Origin: Felis catus
Taxonomy: Eukaryota
DNA length: 64,000 nt
Direction of reading: 5' to 3'
NCBI RefSeq assembly: GCF_018350175.1
Contig: NC_058368.1
Span: 155,188,001-155,252,000 of the forward strand
The translations under genes and the position numbers were made by a program. Positions 39,053-52,700 of the stretch are shown here, one piece after another; within the stretch, counting starts at the first letter, position 1; every line of letters starts with the position of its first letter. The notes under the pieces were generated by a model, which did not search any database, was not told where the DNA came from, and saw only the letters and a list, made by a program, of their open reading frames with translations.

Positions 39053-42000
39053 AATAGAGTTTTTTTTTTTTTATCACTTTCTTTAGCTCAGTAATTTCAG
39101 AGTTTTCTCCCTTCCCACTTTTGGCCAACCCAGCCCTTTATTCCTATGTTGGATGGGGACTTTGTGTGATAATAGAGAGTAGCCAGAATGAATGTCTCTG
39201 ACCTCCACTCCCAGATTGTTTTATGCAGCAAAGCCCCATGAATATTGCCTTCGCCTTCTTCAGCATTTTTTTTTTCCTCCTTGAAGTGTACAGGTTCACA
39301 GCCAGGGCCTGGCTCTTATTACAGGTTTTAAAATGAAGTCTATACAGTGAAAAGGACTCTGTTTTTATTTCTTGGGAATTATTGGCTTTCAAAGCCTTTG
39401 AATTCCCTGCAGATAATTACTGTTTTGGCCCATGATTTCTCTGATATTTGATGCCTCTGAGAGGAATAAATTACCTATCTAACAAGGAGGGTTAATTGGT
39501 GGTTGTGAGCCAGTGTATGTGCCCTTTGTATTATTTTGTAAGGGCCCCGCAAACTCTGACCATCTGAAACATCTGATTGTTTTAAACCATCTCCTCCGGT
39601 ACAACTTGTGGTTCGGCTTCTTGACTACTGGAAACTAAAAGAAGTAGGAAAGCGTTGTGGCAGCTTCGTGTGTTTTCAATGTTAAGCGTTCTTTTGTCTT
39701 TTTGTGACATTTGTACCCCCTCAAGGTGATTACGTTTCTTTCCAGTATTCTGAATAAGAACTGTGCAAACCTAAGATACCTGTGCCTAGATCTGATCTCA
39801 TAAAACCTCCCAGAGTTCAAACTTAGAGCTGCAGTTCCCATAAAATTCACTCTATAAGCAGTCAGACTCCCTTAGCCATTTCACAGATTCATCTCTGAGA
39901 AACTAGGCTTTTTTTGTGGTAGTATTTGTCTTATTAAACCCATGAAACTAAAAATGCCTCATTGAAGTAAAACATTAGCACCAACTTTCACAGCAAATTG
40001 TTTTGTGTGAATGAAAGCTTTTTAAGAGTGTAACTCGGCAAAATTACCCAAAAGTAGTTTAGCAAATGCCACAAAACATAACATCTGCGTATTAAAAATG
40101 CATTCTGTATGCTGCAGAAAAATCGCAGTACTGAAGCAATTTTCTAATATTTACATATTTATAACAAGTGCCTGTCATGCGAAGGCTAAGCTCACCTACC
40201 ATACTTTCATGTTATGTAAAATGAAAAATGTCTCATGCTTGGGTGTTCTAATAACCATGATATTATTTTAACAATTACACTATTTAATACCGTGGATTAG
40301 TCTCTCTGATAGTGCTATTAGCTGTCACTATACTCGATAATAGGTGGCTTCATCTTTGTTATGACATGATCTTTCCTACTGTTTGTTGACCTTTCAATAC
40401 AAGGGGGAGGGGACGCTCCCAGCCCCCCAAACCTTTAAGCGGCTACTGTAAAGCTGTAGTTTAATTCTCAGCTGGAATGTTTAGAAACCCTCAGTGCTAA
40501 ATACCTCAGTGGACTGCTTAAACACCAACAACAGCCTTATGGGGCCTTAGTCGACCTTAAACACATCTTTTTTTGTTGAGAATATTGCATTCTGCCACAA
40601 TTCTGTGGGCTAACCCTGGGCTCACATTAAATATACCAGCCTCATTGAAGCTTACTGAATTGAGTTGAGTTGTTCTTTGTTTTATTCTCTCTCGGCTTCA
40701 CCCCCAACTGGGACTGGGCAGCCTTTCTTCCAGTGGAGCGTGCTTTAAAGTAACCCAAAGAAGAGAAGGAGGGGGGAGGGGGGAGAGAAACCAAAAGGTG
40801 CAGCTAAGGCCCATAATTAGTCTTGATCCTCCAAGTCTAAAATATTTTAACGCCAGGTTTCTGATTGCAGTATGGGCAAAGTGGATTTGGGAATGCAGGA
40901 AAGTAATTAGGTCTGTGCATTGAAGTGTGGAGAGCATTTAAAAGTGAATGGGTGGTTACTACATTCTTGGCAGGCTGTTTTTTATCTTTTCATGCTCTGC
41001 TGTTGTTAGAGGTGATGGGTTTATTGCAATTTTTGCACTCTGGAGGTGGCCGTGTTTTTCTTAACCTAGCCTCTTGCTCTCTATCTCAAAAACGAATCCT
41101 CATGGTGCGAGGAAGAATGAGGGAAATTTTTGAAAAATAAAAACAAGGCACATTGGCCAGATATTATGCAGTGAAGCAGAATAAGTTGGGAATGAACCTC
41201 AACATTGCAACAGGTCACTTAGAGAGATTCCAGGTTTAATTAATGACTCACTGAGCACAGGACCAACTGGAGACAATGGTCACCCCAAGGAGAAAACAGA
41301 ACATATTATTCTCTAACCATGTTCCCAGAGCCATCCAAACTATCTGGGGAGAAGCTGACATCATTATGCCACGCTGAGCCCTGGTAGAGAAGATACAGAC
41401 CATAAATGTCTGAAGAGTCAAAATGCATATATTTGATTACTTCAATCTATAGAAATGCTGCAATTTGCTCAGATCACATGTCCCTTCAGCCTAGGTCTTC
41501 ATGTCTGCCAGTCAAGTAAATCATCAGTGCTAGCTTGAAAGTCATAGAAAATGTACGTGTTAAAAAAAAAAAAAATAGCTGGGGCGTTCAGGGAGGGGGG
41601 TGGGGGGGGAAGCTAAAGTAAGAATTAATAGAATTTAAATGGACTCCTTTTAATTTCCAAAAAAAGTTTTCTTTTAGCTTGTAGTGAATGATACAAGAAG
41701 AGAAGCCTTGTTTCTTTAGCAAAACAGACCTATACATGAAAAAAAAAAAAAATTGCATGAGGCAACTTGGTCCTTCCAAAAGCATTTAGTGATATCTGCT
41801 GAATTCAAAAAGGCAAAATCAAATCTAACTAATGGAGAACCAAATGAAATAACCCAAAGGTCAGTTTGGGTTTTTGTTGTGGTTGTTCTGATTCGAGGGT
41901 TGGGAGCTTTTCTGTTTGCTATCTGTTTTCGCTTTAGAAACATGACGTGGAAGGGGTCGCATGGATGACTGGCCCAGTATACTTATGTCCTTGGGCAACC

Positions 42001-42364
42001 ACTTCAACATATTCAAAGTTTAGACAAATGAGTTCTTACTATGAAACACTTTTTAACTGTTGTATTCAGTGTCTTAATTAAGTGCTATTCTACCATGACC
42101 TAGTCTTCTGTAGGAGAAGTATATTTCCTTAGCCACATATGGCTTTTAGCTCATTGGATTCATCTCCATGTGTAGTGAACAAGAATGAGCACTTTGCTGT
42201 CCGACGTATTATCACTTTTGCCATGGTAGACTCAAAGAGGTTCTCTCCGCTCAGGTTTTCCCACGAAAAGATTGGTACAGCACTGACATTGCTTAGCAAC
42301 CTTGTTTTAGGTCTTCTAGAAGATACAAATAAAACATATGATCTGATGCCATTATAAATGAGAT

Positions 42365-42620
42365 TTACATCTTCATCACAGCCTGTTTATAACAGAGAAA
42401 ACTTGGAAACGGCATAAATGTCTAGCAACGAGGAATCAGTTAAATAAACAATGATACATCCATACAATGAAATGCTACCCAACCATCAGGAATGATGCTG
42501 GGGAAGCATATTTAATGACCAGAGAAGATTTTAGTAAATCTTCAAATACTGTATATGGAATCTAAGTTTAAAAGGCAGGTTTAGAAGGCAATATTCATAG
42601 TATAATCCTATGTGCATGTG
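42365..42620 (+). mobile_element. Old L1 (L1ME-like) 3' fragment
   Basis: CTTCATCACAGCCTGTTTATAACAGAGAAAACTTGGAAAC...TAAATAAACAATGATACATCCATACAATGAAAT. Confidence 0.75.
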
Positions 42621-44569
42621 TGTATAAAATAGGTAGTAAATTATCACAAATTTTAACATATAATCCTGTTTAAAAAGAAAAAAGTAAGCCCATTTTTAGG
42701 AACGAGAAAAATACACCCAAATGTTACTATAGGTTCCCCCTGAGTAGTGGAATTCAGGGTGATTTTGTTTTCTTCTCTCTGCTTATCGGTATTTTCTAAA
42801 GTTTATTTAATAATTTTATAATGGGACAAGATAGTTTTGTAACAAAGGAACGATGTGTAAAAGTCATTTAAAAAAAATAGTTTACCAAACTATGGTTTTT
42901 AATTCTCCATGCAGACTTTCTAAAACACTGTTTATGATCTGTCGCTCTGAATACAAAAGGCAAACATGAAAGTAAAGTTTCTGTCCTCACCCACATCCCA
43001 TATTTATTGTGGTACCTGAACATAAGCTTCATTACCCACAGCATTTACTGAAGACCTCTCTCCAGGTGCCTAACAGGTGGGAAGAGATACCAGCACTCCA
43101 CAATTAAACTGTATTTCACATTTAGAGAAGCCCAAGTAGGAAATGTGTATCCCTCCCCCATCTTTCTTACATGAGGCAATGACCGATGGCTGTTCAACCT
43201 CATTCTGACCAAGCTCTACCCAGAACACGTTCTGCAGGCTTGTGCGGGCCGGCTGGGGTCATCCTCCTCCCTGACCCTCCCTGAGTCCAGAAAGCAAGGT
43301 CCACATTAGAACTCAGCTGCTTGTGTTGAGGAAACATTCCTTCCTGGATTGCCTGAGATATTCCTCGTTATGCAAATGGGAAATAAGCACTAGCATATCC
43401 AGGTCAGATGCATAATGTATATAAATAATTGCTGGGGGAAATCTGTGACTCAGTGAGCTCATCTAAAGCCAGAAGCTTAAGCAGTTTGTGTCCAGCATAG
43501 ATGCTGTCATGCTGGGAGCCCATGGGAAAATCACTTAAACTCTCTGTGTTTCATCTTGAAATAGAGACGATAGGAATGTTGACCCAGGCCCCAGGGAATA
43601 GCAAAAGATCGTGAAGCACTTCAAAAATTCTTGTATCAAAGTAATCGGTGCTATTTAGGGAAAAGGTCACGAAATAATCAAAGACCTCCTGAAACCTCAA
43701 TAACAACAATGTGATTGGACAAACTGTAATCTAGGCATAGTTGGAAAGGCACAACTAAACTCACGGAACCCCAAATTTACAGACACACCTAAAACATTTG
43801 CCATAGTTAATTTAGGGATTTTATGACCTTTTTCGCAGCAGACTCATAATTCTCCTGAGGCTGAACATACCAATCAGATGTTTGTGCAGATTCTCTGGCT
43901 TCACGTGGTTTCGAAGAGAATCCCACCCGGAAACGAGTTGCTGAGAAAGTTCTTGAAAGCATCGCTTACTACAAACCAAACTGTATTCAGCAGGTAGAAA
44001 TTAACACGTGGGCTAGACACAACCTAGGATCACAGAAACACACATGGAAGCCACAAGAGGCTGGAATATAGTGCTGCCCTATAATTATGTGGCTTTTCTG
44101 CAATAGTCACTGTGAGCTTCTGTGGCTTCCATTAGGAATCCCACTAAGAGTAACTGGCAGCAGGATGTGTCTGGTCTCCTGCCCATCTCCCTCTCCCATT
44201 CCTGGGCACTACACCCGCCTACCATCTCTGATCTGAGACCAGACAGTGCTCAAGTTTTAGTGTGTCATGGTATTTTCTAGATGGTTTACCAAACTATATA
44301 CATGGTCAAAGAAATAGGGCTCATGGGGATTTGATATCTCCCACTATTTGGGTCATGGACTCAATCACCATCTCTTGGTCTGTGGTATGCCCACATAAAA
44401 AAGACAGGAGAGGAAATTCTTGAAAAATCAGAATGGGAACAGGAATTAACTCTATGCCTCCTGGAATTTCTAGCCTTAAACAAAATGATGCAAAACAAAA
44501 CAAAAGAATGACCCCTTCCTGGATGTCTGATGATCTGTGTTGCATTATTTAATCATCGTTTCTACCTAG

Positions 44570-44790
44570 GGTAGTGGTTTCTGATTTAGAATCAAAGACC
44601 TGGGTTCAAAACCCAACTCCACTTCATAGCTAAGTGGCCTAGAGTAAATAATTTAATATTTTCTTACCTCAGTCTCCTCATCCATAAAGTGGGAGTGATA
44701 ATTAACTACTGCCTAGTGTTGTAAAAGAGTTTGACAGGAGGCATGCAAGTATTTAACAGAATGTCTGACATATAGTAATTATTCAATTAA
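44570..44790 (+). mobile_element. MIR
   Basis: AGAATCAAAGACCTGGGTTCAAAACCCAACTCC...CCTCAGTCTCCTCATCCATAAAGTGGG. Confidence 0.8.
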
Positions 44791-46759
44791 TGTTAACTGC
44801 ATTGTTAGCAATACTGTTGCAGCTATATCAGTAGCTAGTTTCTTTATTTGGTAACAAAGAATACTGGTACTCAGTGGCTGACAAGCCAGGATTCCATCCC
44901 AGGAACCCTGACCGCAAGATGCAGGCTGTTTGTATTCCTCTTCACTGTTTCTCTCTTTGGGAAACAAAGTCAGGGCAGTTCAGAAGGATACGCTCAAAAA
45001 CCTGTTAAGGTAGTCTAACCACCCACATGCAAGGATCTCAAAACATGAGTCGAAGCATGTCGAAATATGTTCTTTTATCCTCAGCGACATTATTATGGCC
45101 TCTCTTGTGGTGAGCCCTGTGTTTGTCTCAATCCCACAGTAATCATGCTGGCCGGGATACTGATCTCAAATGAATTTCTCAGCACCAAGGGCAGAAGGGA
45201 GAGCAAAAGTGATCTTTTTTTTTTTTCTCTCCTTCTTTCTTTCTTTCTTTCAGTGGAAAATCCATGACCTCCATGACCCTCAACCCAAAACCATAGCCCA
45301 AGGCTTGGTATAGCTAAGGGTGGAGGGGTGTGGAGAGGGCAGATAATGTTAGAGAAAGACAAACTAGGAGCAGAAACAAAGGCCAGTAAACAGAGTGAAA
45401 GAAGCTTAGAAAGGGGGAGGGAGGAGGGGGGCCTGGAAGCAAAGAACAAGGCTCAGAAAAAGGACTTGGAGAAAGACTGAATAAATTGTTTGCTTGTGCT
45501 GTTTAGCAAAATCAGCTAAACTTGGCTTTCAAAAAGTTTCACACAAAATCATTTTCACTGATTATTTTTTGGCACAGAAATTTTGTAAAATTTGGAAATT
45601 CACAAAGTGACACAATTTGCTAAAAATGCCATTCAACACAATTTGATGTAAACTCCAGAAATGTTATTATAATTCATTAGGAAAACTTAAAAATGTGATA
45701 GTGTCCTGAAAACTTGGATGGTTGCCACAAGAATCACTGGCAGCTAAAAACCAGCATAAGAACCAAAATGCTCAGTCTATCTATTCACAGGCAAATGTCA
45801 TGTGTCTTTTATGTGGTTAGCTTCACTCTAATATCCTGGAGATACTTTGTAGCCATTTTTAGTCTTTCATTTTATTTTCTCTCAAGAGTCAAATCCTATA
45901 GCCCTTACACTTGTAGGCAATTCTGTACAGCATCCGTATGACCCATATATCAGCAAGGAAGCCATGCTCACTACCGCAACTGAGTTCTGAAGGGGTGAGT
46001 TTGGATTCTACTGCCCTGTTGTTAGAACTGTGTGTTTTCTAAGTAGGATAAAAGTGGTTGGCTTCCTGACAGAACCCAGGGCTACTGATATAATTCTGGC
46101 AGGCAAAAATACAGCGAAGAAAATCCCAAATGAGCATCAGGTAGATTAGATCGAAGGCTATTGCCTCCTTTAGGGGAAGGATTTTGTCTTGACCACGTAA
46201 GCAATGACCCTAGCAGAGAGTAAACGCTCAGTAAGTTACAGGAAAGAAGGATGGAAGGAGAATAGGGGGGAAAGAGAGAGAAGGGAAAAAGGGAAGAAAG
46301 GAAGATTCAAGTTCTAATACACAGTAAAGTGAACTTGGACAAATTGCTAACTTTTCAAAACCTGTTTCCTTGTGTATAAATGAGAATAACACCCACCTCC
46401 AATATTGTATATAGTCATGGCTTTATGGCTTACCACAGGTTTTCACCTACATTATCTATTAAATCATCATATTATTTCTATTGTTATTCCTATCATCACT
46501 GGATATGCCTATAAAATAATGCAAAACAATTTTTCCTCAAAACTCCCAATCACTCCTCTGATAATTCTCCCAGTCCTACCCATGCTTTAAAGCCCTATGT
46601 CCTCCCTCTTGCCAGAGGAGCTCCTTAAAAATCCTATTTTCTAGAAGTCCCTCAGGCTTCTTCCAGACCCAGACAAAATATATCAATTTAATATGCCCAA
46701 TCTTTAGTCATCTGCTTCACACTTGATACTCTGATACATACATACCAAGGTGACTGAAA

Positions 46760-47253
46760 CTATATTAGTTACTGGCATCCATTGCCACACATCCTGAATT
46801 ACAAGCTCTGAAAGAATAAAACTACATTTCCCAGGCTCCCTTGCAGCTGGAGTTCCAGGTACACTCTGGATTCGGCCAAAAATGATGTACTTGTGACAAA
46901 TCTGAAACACAGGAGAGGCTATTATTCTGTGACAGTTGCACTTGACAGGCAAGCTCTGACAGTCATGCATGCGGGCAATGGCCAGGGTCCACATCCTCCT
47001 CACTGGCTATCAGTGTCTTGGGTGAGAGGCCAACCAGAGCAAAAGCAGCAGGTAGCCTGGGTGACACCCCTTTCCCAATAATTGCAGCAGCAGTGGGGCA
47101 ACCAGAAACCAGACAGCAAGGGCAGCTCCTTAATTCCATTGTTCCAGGCCTTCCCAATGGTTTTATGAATGCATAATCCCCTGTATTAAATTCCCTTCTG
47201 CCTAAAACACCCAGAGCAGTGTCTCTTTTCTGCACTGAAGTCTGATTGATAGA
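46760..47253 (+). mobile_element. Old ERVL-class LTR (LTR33-like)
   Basis: ACTACATTTCCCAGGCTCCCTTGCAGCTGG...CCCTGTATTAAATTCCCTTCTGCCTAAAA...CTGATTGATA. Confidence 0.65.
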
Positions 47254-47749
47254 GCAGTTTAATGATTAACACAAGTTACACTCACTGAGCCCATCCTCCC
47301 TACTCCCAAATCCCTGTGCTCATAACTAATTACACATTGTTCCTGCTGTGTTTTAATTCTTTATTTACATGTTTATATTTATGTCTTTTACCCTATTGTA
47401 TTTCTTTATTTGCATGTACAATTTCGCCACCCTTGTTACCAAATTGGGACCTTTGGGAGTAAGGTTCCAGTGTCCCAGTCATTTTTCTAGTGCCAATGGC
47501 AACTCAATAAACTCTATGAACCTCTTTTGGATAATATGCTTGCACTCCTCTGCCTACGGGAAGGGTTGATACATGACGAACATGCATGGTAGCATTTACA
47601 CTCTAAGAAAAAGAAAGGGGACCTTTTTAAAAATCTACATACACATACTATCTCTATATTTATCTATTTATCTACCTATCTTCATCCATGGCTGTGTGTG
47701 CAGGCAAAATGACAGGAGTACTAATGTAATTATCCACATTACTCAGTTC

Positions 47750-48680
47750 TCAAAAAACTCTTAAGGAAAAGGCAAAGAGCAAAGTAGGAGACGATATTTG
47801 CAGTTGATTGTATTTGCAAGGAACTAAACTCTAATCTAGAAAGAAACCATAGAATAATAATTTTAAAAAACCCTATTAAAAAAGTGAGTAATAGTTCACA
47901 GAAAAGGAAATACAAATGACTCAGGAACATATGAAACGATGCTCAAATCACTCCCACATAGAAAAAATGCAAATTAAAACTACATCAAGATACCATATTT
48001 CACTATCAGGTTGGTAAAAATCCAAAAATTTGACAACCCTTAGGGTTGGCAAGATATAGAGAAATGGGAGCAGTGATTCATTGCTGGTGGGAGTGTAAAT
48101 AGGTATAATCATTCTGGAAGGCAATTTGGCAATATTTATTGAAATTACAAATGCATGTACTCTTTGACTCAGCAGTTCCAATTCTAGGAGTTTATGCTAC
48201 AGATATATTCACACATGGGCAAAATCATGAATGTGCACGGTTATTTACTGCAGCAGTTCCTATAATAGCAGAAGATTGGAACAATCTAAAAGTTTGTCAA
48301 TAGAGAGCTGTTTAAATAAATCATGGCACATCCAAATAATGGGATACTGTTCAGCCATAATAAATTTTTTTTTTCCCAAGAACAGAGATGCTCCATAGTA
48401 CTAATATGTAAAGACATGTAAGACATACTGAGTGAGGGGAAAAATACCAAAGTGTGCACAGTATGCTACATTTTTTTAAGTAGGGAAAGGAATAGGTGTT
48501 GACATTCGCTTATAGAAACATTTTTTAAAATTCTGAAAGTCTACACAAGAAGCTAATAACGGAAGTTATTTATCTTGGTGTAAAGGTGGAAACCACCAGA
48601 TGGGGGACTGAGGAGAGGAAAACCTTAGGCTCACATTCACTCTTGCAAAATTCTTAAACTATGCAAGTCTATTACATGTT
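47750..48680 (+). mobile_element. Old L1 (L1ME-like) ORF2 end and 3' UTR
   Basis: AAATGCAAATTAAAACTACATCAAGATACCAT...TTGCTGGTGGGAGTGTAAATAGGTATAATCATTCTGGAAGGCAATTTGGCAATAT. Confidence 0.88.
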
Positions 48681-48866
48681 CTAAATATTATGTAAATATT
48701 AAAATACAGCTACTATTAAGCAACAGGAGAGTATTCCAGGGCTATTTGTCTGATTTGGTCAATTCCTGGCATCTGAAGGCACAACCCTTTAACTTCACTA
48801 GAAGTTTGTAGGTCAGGAAAGACAGTCAGTGAAGTTTTAAAAGTAATTTCTTATTAAGCACTATCT

Positions 48867-48869
<3 letters not shown>

Positions 48870-48912
<43 letters not shown>
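48870..48912. repeat. (TA)n microsatellite
   Basis: Read directly from the sequence. Confidence 0.97.
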
Positions 48913-48919
<7 letters not shown>

Positions 48920-49549
48920 CATTGACATCACAGTGGTTAGAGTAGGGAAAAACACTAGAAAATATTTTCCTACCTACAAGCATTCCCATGTTAATTTTAT
49001 ATTTGTTTAGGGTTAATAAGCTGCTTTTTCAAAATGCAAACATGGGGTACATTTCCTATAAGTATCTTGAAGCTCAGCATGCATTATTTCATCTGATAGT
49101 CTGTTCAAGAATAATCTGTATCTGCTGAAGGATGGGTGTTTCCAACTGGGGGAAAGAGAAGGGTTGGGGAGAATATCCAAACCTGTAGAAAGGGAAGGAC
49201 TGTATGAAAGTAGCAATGGACAGACAGCCCAGCAGCCAGAGGAGAACGGACAGGGCGGGACTTTCAGAGAGAATGGGTAAAGAAAAGGAGGTGAGAGGAT
49301 AACTAATCAGAAGCCTGCTTCACATCTGCCCAGAAACTTGTTGGTGGCAACCACCTGAGTTCCACAGATAATGACCTCTCTTGAGGTCTCTCACACACAG
49401 ATCCTACTTTGCCAATGCTTGAGATTATTGAGGAACATTTGCTTCTTGATCCCACAGAGACTTAGTGTCCATTCAGTCTCATGGGTTTCTCTTTCTCCTT
49501 CCATCTTCCTTTCCTCTCCATTTCCCTTCCCCTTTCCCTTCCTTTCTTT

Positions 49550-49930
49550 CCATATAAAGATCTGTGCATACTTGATGTATGCACCTTGATGAATTTGAAG
49601 ATAAGTATACACCTGTTAAGCCATTACCACAATCTATGCCATAACCTTATCCATCACTTCCAGAAGTTTCCTCCTTACCCTCTTTAATGTACGTATGTGT
49701 GTGAGTGTTTGTGTGCAATAAGAACAATTAACATAGGATCTACTCTCTTAGCAAATTTTTACACATATAGAACAGTACTGTTAACTCTATGAACTATGCG
49801 GTACAGTAGATCGCTAGGACTTATTCACCTCATAACTAAACTTTGTCTTTTTTGACCAACACCTCAACATTTCTTCCTCCCCCAGCCTCTGGCAACCACC
49901 AAACTACTCTTTGCTTCTGAGTTTGGCTAT
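49550..49930 (-). mobile_element. L1 (L1MA/MB-like) 3' end fragment
   Basis: GATCTACTCTCTTAGCAAATTTT...GTACAGTAGATCGCTAGGACTTATTCA...CCAGCCTCTGGCAACCACCA. Confidence 0.85.
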
Positions 49931-50151
49931 TTTTTTTTTAACGTTTTATTTAGTTAGTTATTTTTGAGAGACAGAGAGAGATAGAGCCTGAGCGGGGGAG
50001 GGGCACAGAGAGAGGGAGACACAGAATCCGAAGCAGGCTCCAGGCTCTGAGCTGTCAGCACAGAGCCTGACACGTGGCTTGAACCCGTGAACCAGGAGAT
50101 CATGACCTGAGCCGAAGTTGGACACCCAACCGACTGAGCCACCCAGGTGCC
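49931..50151 (-). mobile_element. Can-SINE (SINEC_Fc) inserted in L1
   Basis: Reverse-complement element; TSD TGGCTATTTTT. Confidence 0.95.
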
Positions 50152-50246
50152 ACTGGCTATTTTTTAAATTCCTCACTTATCTAAGTGGGTTCATAGTCTT
50201 CTAATATATACTGCATTTTGTAAGAAGACCCAAATCATTTTGTGAA

Positions 50247-50315
50247 TTCTCTCTCTCTCTCTCATTCTCTCTCCATTTGCCCCTCTCTCCCTCTCGTTCT
50301 CAAATAAAAAAAATA
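50247..50315 (+). mobile_element. 5'-truncated Can-SINE tail
   Basis: (CT)n...TGCCCCTCTCTCCCTCTCGTTCTCAAATAAAAAAAAT. Confidence 0.7.
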
Positions 50316-50716
50316 AGAATTGTTTGTGTGTGTGTTTTTTTTAACTCTAAAGTAAAATAGAGAGCTATTTAAAGAGTAGAGAATTAGGTAAGATTTTATG
50401 AAAATATGTATTTTGGATTAGGTTTGTTATCACATAAGATGTACATATATCATTTCTGAACCAGTTGCTTCACTTGAAAGCCTAGTTTCCAACTGTTCAA
50501 TACGCTCACTATTAGAAATTGCTTACATTGTGACATCTGCTAAATAAAACCAATGATAGTAAATAAAATGAGTAAAATCAACTGTACTGCTATCATCTTA
50601 TGAATAATATATCTTTCCATTATATTATGAAAAGGCCATGGTGCCTACGTTATCCAAACCCACAGTCATGAGGGATTAGACTTTTATTTAAATGCTTTAG
50701 GAATAACCTGTCAGTT

Positions 50717-50942
50717 GGGGCGCCTGGGTGGCTCAGTCAGTTGAGCGTCCGACTTCAGCTCAGGTCATGATCTCATGGTTTGTGAGTTCGGGCCCCACGT
50801 CAGGCTCTGTGCTGACAGCTTGGAGCCTGCAGCCTGCTTCGAATTCTGTGTCTCCCTCTCTCTCTCTGCCTCTCCCCTGCTCATACTCTGCCTCTCTCTG
50901 TCTCTCAAAAATAAATAAATGTTAAAAAAAATTTTTTTGAAA
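50717..50942 (+). mobile_element. Can-SINE (SINEC_Fc)
   Basis: Full element; TSD GAATAACCTGTCAG/GAATAACTTGTCAG. Confidence 0.96.
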
Positions 50943-51594
50943 GAATAACTTGTCAGCTCTGGTGAACAGCACAGATTCCTTTATATCACTCCAGCAGGTA
51001 GGTATTTTGCCTGGTAGTAAAGAATATATGGTGCTGGCAGGGTTGAGGTTGCCAAAGTTCTCCATGTCTGTTTCAGCACAAATTTTGCCATAACTTTAAA
51101 GTGTTTCTTGTTATAGAAACTCTGTAGTGCACGTCCTGTGCACATAGAAATACTTTTCCTACTGTTAAGGTGATATGATGCAGTCATGTTGGAAATGTAT
51201 TTATGTTCATTCATGTCAGATTCCCATAACAGTCTTGTTCTACAAATATACAGGTGCAGGGTGGCTGGTTGGCTGCCTGGCTGAGAAAGAGAAGGTGTGT
51301 GACAGATGGCCCTGACGCATAGCATCCTAACATGTTAGAGAAGGAAGGGACGCAGAGATTATAGGGACCTAGCCCAATTTTTGCCAATGAGGAAATTCAG
51401 TTAATAATATTATTTACAAATGCTATTTATATTCTAAACACTTTCTTTAATCAAATGACCCAGCAAAGCAGAGTCTGTTAAAAAAATATATTACTACTAC
51501 TACTACTACTACTAATTATTATTATTATTGTAGAATTATAGAATTATAGAATGGTTGCTATAGGGAAGAAACAAAGAAAAGAAATGGGTATTCT

Positions 51595-51820
51595 GGGGAT
51601 TCCCAGGTGGCTCAGTTGGTTAAGCGTCCGACTCTAGAATTCAGCTCGAGTCATGATCTCACGGGTTGGTGAGTTCAAGCCTCACATCAGGCTCTGCACT
51701 AACAGTGTGGAGCCTGCTTGGGATTCTCTCTCTCTCCCTCTCTCTGCCCCTCCCACTGTCTCTCTCTCTTTCCCTCTCTCTCTCTCTCTCAAATTAAATA
51801 AATAAACAAACAAACAAAAA
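51595..51820 (+). mobile_element. Can-SINE
   Basis: Full element; perfect TSD AAGAAATGGGTATTCTG. Confidence 0.96.
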
Positions 51821-52559
51821 AAGAAATGGGTATTCTGTAAGGGAAGAATAAGCATTTTGACAACTGGGAGATATCCATCACTTTGTGAATTTGGGAGTAA
51901 GCAGGCTTCAACCATTTTCAGGAACAGAAACAACCATGGGACAACCTTTGCATTGTTTTGTGGCGACAGGCAATGAACAGTCAAGGCAGCCTTGCAGCTG
52001 AGGTTATTTGGTCCCACTTGGGCGAGGATTTTCACTCAGGGATATGGACATTAATCCCCTCTGTGGACCCACCCACAGTGTTTGTTCCACACCCTTCAGC
52101 CTTCAGCCAGGCTGCCTTGTCTTTACCACATTCCAGGCAGGATGGTCATGATGAAGGTCACTGCTGCTTCTTGAATAGAAGCGTGTGAATGAGAAGCCCC
52201 AACTTAGGCTCTCAAGGCAATAACTACCTTCCTAGCAAGATTCTTTAAAAAATAAGAAGATTTTTTAGAAAGAATGTCTTCTAGCATATAATGTTGCCAA
52301 ATAATTAACATGTATGTAAACCAGCCTATCAATGAGGGGTTTTAATAGATCTGAATATATTGTTTGGCACTCCAAACCTGAATACTGAAATAATAATCTT
52401 TATTTCATGACATCTAATGAATTTCCTTTTTACTTGACATACTATGACAACATAGTAACTTTATAACTACTTTTTATCTTTTGGGGCTCATGTATGGTAA
52501 AGAACAAATCACTCAGCCTACATCACAACGTATTGTAAGCAACAAAGTGGTCCTATTTT

Positions 52560-52700
52560 CCAGGCTGGACACTGCCTCTGACTTGCCAAATGATATTGGG
52601 CAAATATCTCATTTCTCTGAACCTTAAATTTCTAAAGTATAAAACGAGAGGTTAGGCTACGTTATCTCTAATGCCTTCTGTAGTTTAAAGACTCTGATGC
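52560..52700 (+). mobile_element. MIR3-like fragment
   Basis: TTGGGCAAATATCTCATTTCTCTGAACCTTAAATTTC...TATAAAACGAGAGGTT...ATCTCTAA. Confidence 0.6.

Noticed and set aside
39635..39850. Minus-strand 71-aa ORF with basic, protein-like composition
   Set aside because: No recognisable homology and no convincing splice sites; more likely non-coding
42138..42160. TATGGCTTTT resembling the 5' end of miR-135
   Set aside because: Only the first 10 nt match, and there is no matching precursor hairpin
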